From Laetmonice hystrix (lineage: Eukaryota): 64,000 nt of DNA. The position numbers were made by a program, and so were the translations under genes. The DNA lies in assembly GCA_965235115.1 (NCBI GenBank), contig OZ249448.1, forward strand, positions 25,420,001 through 25,484,000, read 5' to 3'. How positions within the stretch are numbered: position 1 is the first letter of the stretch; each line of letters begins with the position of its first letter. Under the pieces are notes generated by a model. The model was not told the origin of the DNA. It saw only the letters and a list, made by a program, of their open reading frames with translations, and searched no databases. Below are positions 57,301 through 64,000 of this stretch, in pieces.

Positions 57301-59074
57301 TTGCGACTGGTTCTGGAAATCTCAAAATCCCAGTAAAATAAAAGGGTAATGTCAAAATCGCATGACCTTGGCAAGGATAGTCGGTGGACATGAACCCTTC
57401 TGGTATGATGTAAGGTCGTATCATATGATGGGGCAGTTAATCCTGAACTGAGGCAGATGTTTCCAGCGGTGAACACGGGCACTCCTAGATCTGGTCCCCG
57501 CTGTCAGCGCATGCTCAGCGTCCGCCGTGGTGCCATGGCAACGACTTTGAACTGGAGATACTCGTATTATCAGAACAGTGGGACCGACCGGCGGTGTGTA
57601 CGAGTGAGGCCTCGTGCAGCCTGCATACGTGTCACCACATCACGTCTACATGGTCGTGTCTCTGACACTAACCTGTGGTTATCTCAGTGTCCCGGCTATA
57701 CCTGGCCGCAGGACCACACTGACGCCTGCAGCCTCGGACCACGTCTCCCGAACTGGCTGAGGAGCTCGTCACGCAAAGGTACAGGTGAGGCAAACTGATC
57801 ATCTTGATCCTTGAACCCCAGGTCCTCACTTCCTGACAGGACCATTGTCTGAGAGAGCACTGTCTCCTCCTGAGGTGACTCCGTCCCTGTCCACTTGGGA
57901 CTGGGCATGACGTGGGCGGGGTAGGCACAAGGTGTAGCTAAGATGGACGGTGACAGGACGCTGGCATAAATAGCTTCCTACTGCTGACATAAAGTGTGCC
58001 TGAACAAAACTCCGGAGACAAACCGCGGGTTGTATTCCCCCAATTGATGTGAACAGTGGGAGTTTGTTGTTATTATTGCGAACCATCACGGAGTGTTCTG
58101 TACAATGTTTGATGTGGGTCCACTGTCACTGTCATTGCCATGCTACCGGTACGGTTTCCCTGGCGGATGGCTGGTAGAGTTTAGGCGGGAGGGTTACTGG
58201 TCGGCAAGCTCGGCGCACAGGGCAGACTGGTGGGACATAGCTGTACGACCGATACCAAAACACTGACATGTAGGGATTAGATATACTTATCGATAAGTCA
58301 TCCATAGTCGATATCTTTATAATCTGTATTAAGTAGTAAGCTTAAGTGAGAAGTTAAGTGTTGAAATGTTACCTGAAAGCGTAGCCAAGCGTCTCTAAAC
58401 TACGAGTTAGCGAGGACTGCATGCATGTTGTTGACACCACCAGACCTCAGCCAGACTAATTACATACATGCATGGAAACCCCGGTATTATAACAATGCCA
58501 CACAGTAATAAGCAGCAAATGAGCATGTATGTCTCAGACCACCGGGGCTAACGAGGACAGTATGTTGGCACCAGTACCTGGCTAAGATAATAGAGGACGC
58601 GAATAACGGGGCAGGTGTGTGGGGCTAGTTAATTTAGGGGCTGTTAGAGGCGTGAGGCGATCGATGACATTAATGACTGTATTATAGAGGGTGACATGTC
58701 ACAGTGTCCCCTGACACTGTGAGTGTCCCCTGACACTGAGTGTCCCCTGACACCCGCGTGGGGACCCGGCCAGTCAGCCAGCACAAAGCAACATTCAGCT
58801 GCCATTAGTCTGACTGTATACAGTCTGCTGATCGATAACAGACACGAGGGCGAGGGTTTAAAAGTCAGTCAGAAACATTCCCAGGAAGATTAGTGAGGTG
58901 CTAGGAGTTACTGTCCCGCCACAGGCCTGGTTTATAAGGACAGAACATTATGTGTTAAATTTAAGGATATCCCGACAGTAGTAGAACAAGTACAGAAGTA
59001 GATTCGGCCTCATCCTGCATGGCGTTTTATTTTGAATAAATGAATGACCAGAAACACAGGAGAAGGGAATCCTG

Positions 59075-59524
59075 GGCCCTGTTGCTCCACGATTCGTTAG
59101 TACATTCTTAAAGAAATTTACGATAACAAAGGTCAAGTGTTGCTCTACATTATTTCGTATCGTATCTGATCGTAGAAAAACGTGAAAATTCTTACTTCCT
59201 AAGACAGCCTCAGGGGGCTGTCTTAAATAGTAAGAGAGGATGATTATCGTATCGTATCATAATAATTAATTTTTTTTAATAGAATCGGTGGCGTGTATGC
59301 AAGTTTTTAACCACAATATGTCGCTCGAGTGTCATATTAGGTAACCACACACTTCAAAATGGATTTGGTAAAGGTCAGATTTATAAGATACGATAAGATA
59401 CGAGGAGAATAAGAATAAGATTAAGGAGCAACGCTAAAATTCTTTAATCTCTCAAAGCATCTTAGAAGGGCCTTAAAGAATAAGATTAAGAATAAGAACT
59501 ACGCAGATTAGGAGCAACGGGGCC
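59075..59524. mobile_element. Harbinger-like MITE
   Basis: Termini ggccctgttgctcc / ggagcaacggggcc (1 mismatch), AT-rich interior with self-complementary tcgtatc/gatacga blocks; TSD not evident. Confidence 0.5.
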
Positions 59525-60099
59525 GACTTATTGCCATTTGTGTAGCCTAGGTTATAAGCCTCACGGCCACAGTACAGCCAGTGAGGCTTACAACCACTCA
59601 ATGTTAAACATTGGTGTGTCATGGGCACCTCTAATTCTTCTACCAATCAACTCCCCGGCATCCATTTATCACAGGCGGAGTCTTCCCTGAGTGGGAACAC
59701 AAGTATTTGTAATCGTAAAGCATCAAATTTGTGAAGTGTTGTACATAGGTCGTCAGTCATGGCTTCCACTTCCTGTTGGTGCTGCAGCATGCGTCTCTCT
59801 GACCCGGGAGGTGTTCGTAATTCAGTCTGGGAAGCCTGGAGGCCAGTATAGCCAATCAGGGTTTGCTTTTAGGAAAACTAGATTCTCCTTGACCTTGAGG
59901 CTCAATGGCCGCTCTAGCCAGAGAGCGAAACTTATCAGTTCAAGACTTCGTGCTGCCATAATTATGACGCATCGTGCTTTGCAACCTTGGGAATAAGTGA
60001 GATAAGTTACTGAAGTGTGTGGTCTGAAGAATTGTTCGGGTACACCTGGAATGTACACACAGTGGCGGTCGTTTCGGTATAGAGACGGATACTTTGTCG

Positions 60100-60545
60100 A
60101 CATTTTGTGAAGCTGCTGACCCACAGAGAGTGGTGCCCAGGGTGGGTGGCCGGGTTACTGTCTGGAGGTCCGTGCCTACAGTGCATGACCAGGTCCAGTT
60201 AAAACACCCCACCAAGGGTAAACTGCTGACCCACAGACAGTGGTGCCCAGGGTGGGTGGCCGGGTTACTGTCTGGAGGTCCGTGCCTACAGTGCATGACC
60301 AGGTCCAGTTAAAACACCCCACCAAGGGTAAACTGCTGACCCACAGAGAGTGGTGCCCAGGGTGGGTGGCCGGGTTACTGTCTGGAGGTCCGTGCCTACA
60401 GTGCATGACCAGGTCCAGTTAAAACACCCCACCAAGGGTAAACTGCTGACCCACAGACAGTGGTGCCCAGGGTGGGTGGCCGGGTTACTGTCTGGAGGTC
60501 CGTGCCTACAGTGCATGACCAGGTCCAGTTAAAACACACCACCAA
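60100..60545. repeat. 110-bp tandem repeat, 4 copies
   Basis: ctgctgacccacaga...ttaaaacacc repeated at 110-bp spacing. Confidence 0.9.
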
Positions 60546-61760
60546 GGATAAACTCACACCAATGATTCATACTGTAACACACCACCAAGGGTAAACTCAC
60601 ACCAATGATTCATACTGTAACACACCACCAAGGGTAAACTCACACCAATGATTCCTACTGTAACACACCACCAAGGGTAAACTCACACCAATGATGTAAC
60701 ACACCACCAAGGGTAAACTCACACCAATGATTCATACTGTAACACACCACCAAGGGTAAACTCACACCAATGATGTAACACCCCACCAAGGGTAAACTCA
60801 CACCAATGATTCATACTGTAGCACACCACCAAGGATAAACTCACACCAATGATTCATACTGTAACACACCACCAAGGGTAAACTCACACCAATGATGTAA
60901 CACCCCACCAAGGGTAAACTCACACCAATGATTCATACTGTAGCACACCACCAAGGATAAACTCACACCAATGATTCATACTGTAACACACCACCAAGGG
61001 TAAACTCACACCAATGATTCATACTGTAACACACCACCAAGGGTAAACTCACACCAATGATTCATACTGTAACACACCACCAAGGGTAAACTCACACCAA
61101 TGATTCATACTGTAGCACACCACCAAGAGTAAACTCACACCAATGATTCATACTGTAACACACCACCAAGAGTAAACTCACACCAATGATTCATACTGTA
61201 ACACACCACCAAGGCTAAACTCACACCAATGATTCATACTGTAACACACCACCAAGGGTAAACTCACACCAATGATTCATACTGTAACACACCACCAAGG
61301 GTAAACTCACACCAATGATTCATACTGTAACACACCACCAAGGGTAAACTCACACCAGTGATTCATACTGTAACACACCACCAAGAGTAAACTCACACCA
61401 ATGATTCTTACTGTAACACACCACCAAGGGTAAACTCACACCAATGATTCATACTGTAACACACCACCAAGGGTAAACTCACACCAATGATTCATACTGT
61501 AACACACCACCAAGGGTAAACTCACACCAATGATTCATACTGTAACACACCACCAAGGGTAAACTCACACCAATGATTCATACTGTAGCACACCACCAAG
61601 GGTAAACTCACACCAATGATTCATACTGTAACACACCACCAAGGGTAAACTCACACCAATGATTCATACTGTAACACACCACCAAGGGTAAACTCACACC
61701 AATGATTCATACTGTAACACACCACCAAGGGTAAACTCACACCAATGATTCATACTGTAG
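60545..61760. repeat. ~41-bp minisatellite
   Basis: Unit accaccaagggtaaactcacaccaatgattcatactgtaacac, about 30 copies, no spacers. Confidence 0.92.
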
Positions 61761-62637
61761 CCAACACTCGTATATGCTTATTTGAACCGGAGTTGCCAAA
61801 GTTGTGAGAAATTTCCTGCTCTTGACTTTGATGTGAAGCGCTGTGAGTAAAGGGGAGTGTAAGGCTGTGTATCCTTGGAATCTTTGCTTGGTGCGGCGGT
61901 GGTGGTAATAGGATTCTGTCCATCTCTCTTGTCAATCTTTTTCTCACAGCTTCTGGTGGAAGCTTGTCTTTAAGAAGATTATGGTCCTTCCACGACTCCA
62001 GTCAAGCGGTCCCCTTTGAACTCTTCTTTCTGATTTCCTCAAGATGGTGTGTTTGGCACAGCCTTAAAGGGACAACCGTCCCGTTTTTAAACTCCCCTGA
62101 TAGGCAGCAACCTTTTTAAAACGGAGCAGCGGCACGTCAAGGAAATTCCACTTGTGGGATAAATGCCAGGATGTTGAACACAGGAAGTTTGATGGTGTGA
62201 ATACAGAAGATCAAGACGCGAGCTTGTCGATACATTTGATATACTATACTTCCTATTTTTTAAAACTTTACCAAAGAAGAATACAGTTATAAGCTTTCAG
62301 CCATTAATGTAAACGATGTATATTCTTGGCATTTTAGCAAGCTCGTATATGTTGTGCTCCATTTTGATTGACTCTTAACAAAAGGGCAAGCAATTCAGAA
62401 ATTTTATACCATTTACGAGGTACCTAGAAATAAAATAGAAAAGGTGCTACCATAATAGAAGTGAATAGGTAATAACAGCGTATATAACTGTATAAAAACA
62501 ACCCATCACATAGAAAAGATTACCTCCAATGGCGGAACACAGTCCTTACAAATCATGTTTCAGTCAGACGTAATGAAAGCATTGCCTGGGGTTTAAATCA
62601 ATAATTGAAACCGGTCTAACCTGACGAACTGCTACAC

Positions 62638-63420
62638 GACGACTGACAGCGTCCCCTACCACGTTCACTTCACGCTGGCCAACACGACTGACAGCGTCCC
62701 CTACCACGTCCACAGCGTCCCCTACCACGTCCACTTCACGCTGGCCAACACGACTGACAGCGTCCCCTACCACGTCCACGGGACGCTGGCCAACACGACT
62801 GACAGCGTCCCCTACCACGTCCACCTCACGCTGGCCAACACGACTGACAGCGTCCCCTACCACGTCCACTTCACGCTGGCCAACACGACTGACGGCGTCC
62901 CCTACCACGTCCACTTCACGCTGGCCAACACGACTGACAGCGTCCCCTACCACGTCCACTTCACGCTGGCCAACACGACTGACAGCGTCCCCTACCACGT
63001 CCACGGGACGCTGGCCAACACGACTGACAGCGTCCCCTACCACGTCCACCTCACGCTGGCCAACACGACTGACAGCGTCCCCTACCACGTCCACTTCACG
63101 CTGGCCAACACGACTGACAGCGTCCCCTACCACGTCCACCTCACGCTGGCCAACACGACTGACAGCGTCCCCTACCACGTCCACTTCACGCTGGCCAACA
63201 CGACTGACAGCGTCCCCTACCACGTCCACCTCACGCTGGCCAACACGACTGACAGCGTCCCCTACCACGTCCACTTCACGCTGGCCAACACGACTGACAG
63301 CGTCCCCTACCACGTCCACTTCACGCTGGCCAACACGACTGACAGCGTCCCCTACCACGTCCACGGGACGCTGGCCAACACGACTGACAGCGTCCCCTAC
63401 CACGTCCACTTCACGCTGGC
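62638..63420. repeat. 45-bp minisatellite
   Basis: Unit cagcgtcccctaccacgtccacttcacgctggccaacacgactga, about 17 copies. Confidence 0.92.
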
Positions 63421-63874
63421 CACCAAGCGGCCATGAATTAAAGTTCTAAAATACGTGCAAATTGAAACTGAAGTTATATTTTAGTTTTATATGACAGTTA
63501 AAATGACTCCTCATGTTTTTATAAGATCAGAACTCATAAGTGTAGCTTTTCATCTGGACAGTGATCTGTGAAATTGCTCTCAGTTTGTCTCGTAATAACC
63601 AAAGCAGAATGCGATGTGATGTGATTGCCGTGGAACTTGAAGCTTGACGTTTTCTTTGTCAGTCATCACGGTGCCATAATGGCACAGAATGAGTTCTTCT
63701 ATTGGCTTCCAATTGCCTATTGCTCTCACTCAAGTTCTGACTCGCGCAGTTGTTGACTACATTGGGGAGGTAATTGAGGATCGCGTTTCTGTGAAGGACC
63801 CCACCACCACCATCCTCCAACCGGTGTCCCGGCTACTGATGGCTGCCAGCCACTTACCGGCCAGTGAAGATCTT

Positions 63875-64000
63875 CAGCCTGGACTGCTAGAATCGGCAAC
63901 GGCGTGAACACTCCAATGTCAGCCTGGACTGCTAGAATCGGCAACGGCGTGAACACTCCAATGTCAGTCTGGACTGCGAGAATCGGCACCGGCGTGAACA
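63875..64000. repeat. 45-bp tandem repeat running off the window end
   Basis: cagcctggactgctagaatcggcaacggcgtgaacactccaatgt, about 3 copies. Confidence 0.85.

Noticed and set aside
50940-61760. Long regular arrays superficially resembling CRISPR
   Set aside because: Units are head-to-tail with no unique spacers, there are no cas genes, and the context is eukaryotic.
61750-62065. Minus-strand exon between an acceptor near 62063 and the donor at 61740
   Set aside because: All three frames contain stops, so it could only be non-coding.
62564-63409. 281-aa ORF (VDVVGDAVSRVGQRE)n
   Set aside because: A 45-bp tandem repeat with no unique coding flank. A minus-strand donor near 62618 is possible but unsupported.

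Overview
Eukaryotic (animal) genomic DNA with spliceosomal introns, MITE/SINE-like elements and many minisatellites. It is probably a marine bilaterian invertebrate, most likely a lophotrochozoan (inference only). From left to right it holds: (1) the 3' eight exons of a family-1 glycoside hydrolase (beta-glucosidase/lactase-like) gene on +; (2) a complete CYP4-family cytochrome P450 gene on + (8469-27207, 505 aa) whose second exon exists as EIGHT intact, paralogous 148-nt cassettes in tandem, the pattern expected of a mutually exclusive exon array; (3) four small 3-exon secreted Kazal-type protease-inhibitor genes on +, the middle one of the three-copy block looking like an unequal-crossover chimera and the last one having a broken donor; (4) a single-exon minus-strand ORF with five R-[LI]-x-x-P/S-T repeats; (5) a repeat-rich 46-64 kb region with no confidently callable gene. 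A second recurring feature is that many minisatellites are tandem copies of a splice acceptor, splice donor, start codon or stop codon that have grown into the adjacent intron or UTR. All exon coordinates were read by hand from GT/AG sites and frame continuity; no database search or expression data were available.
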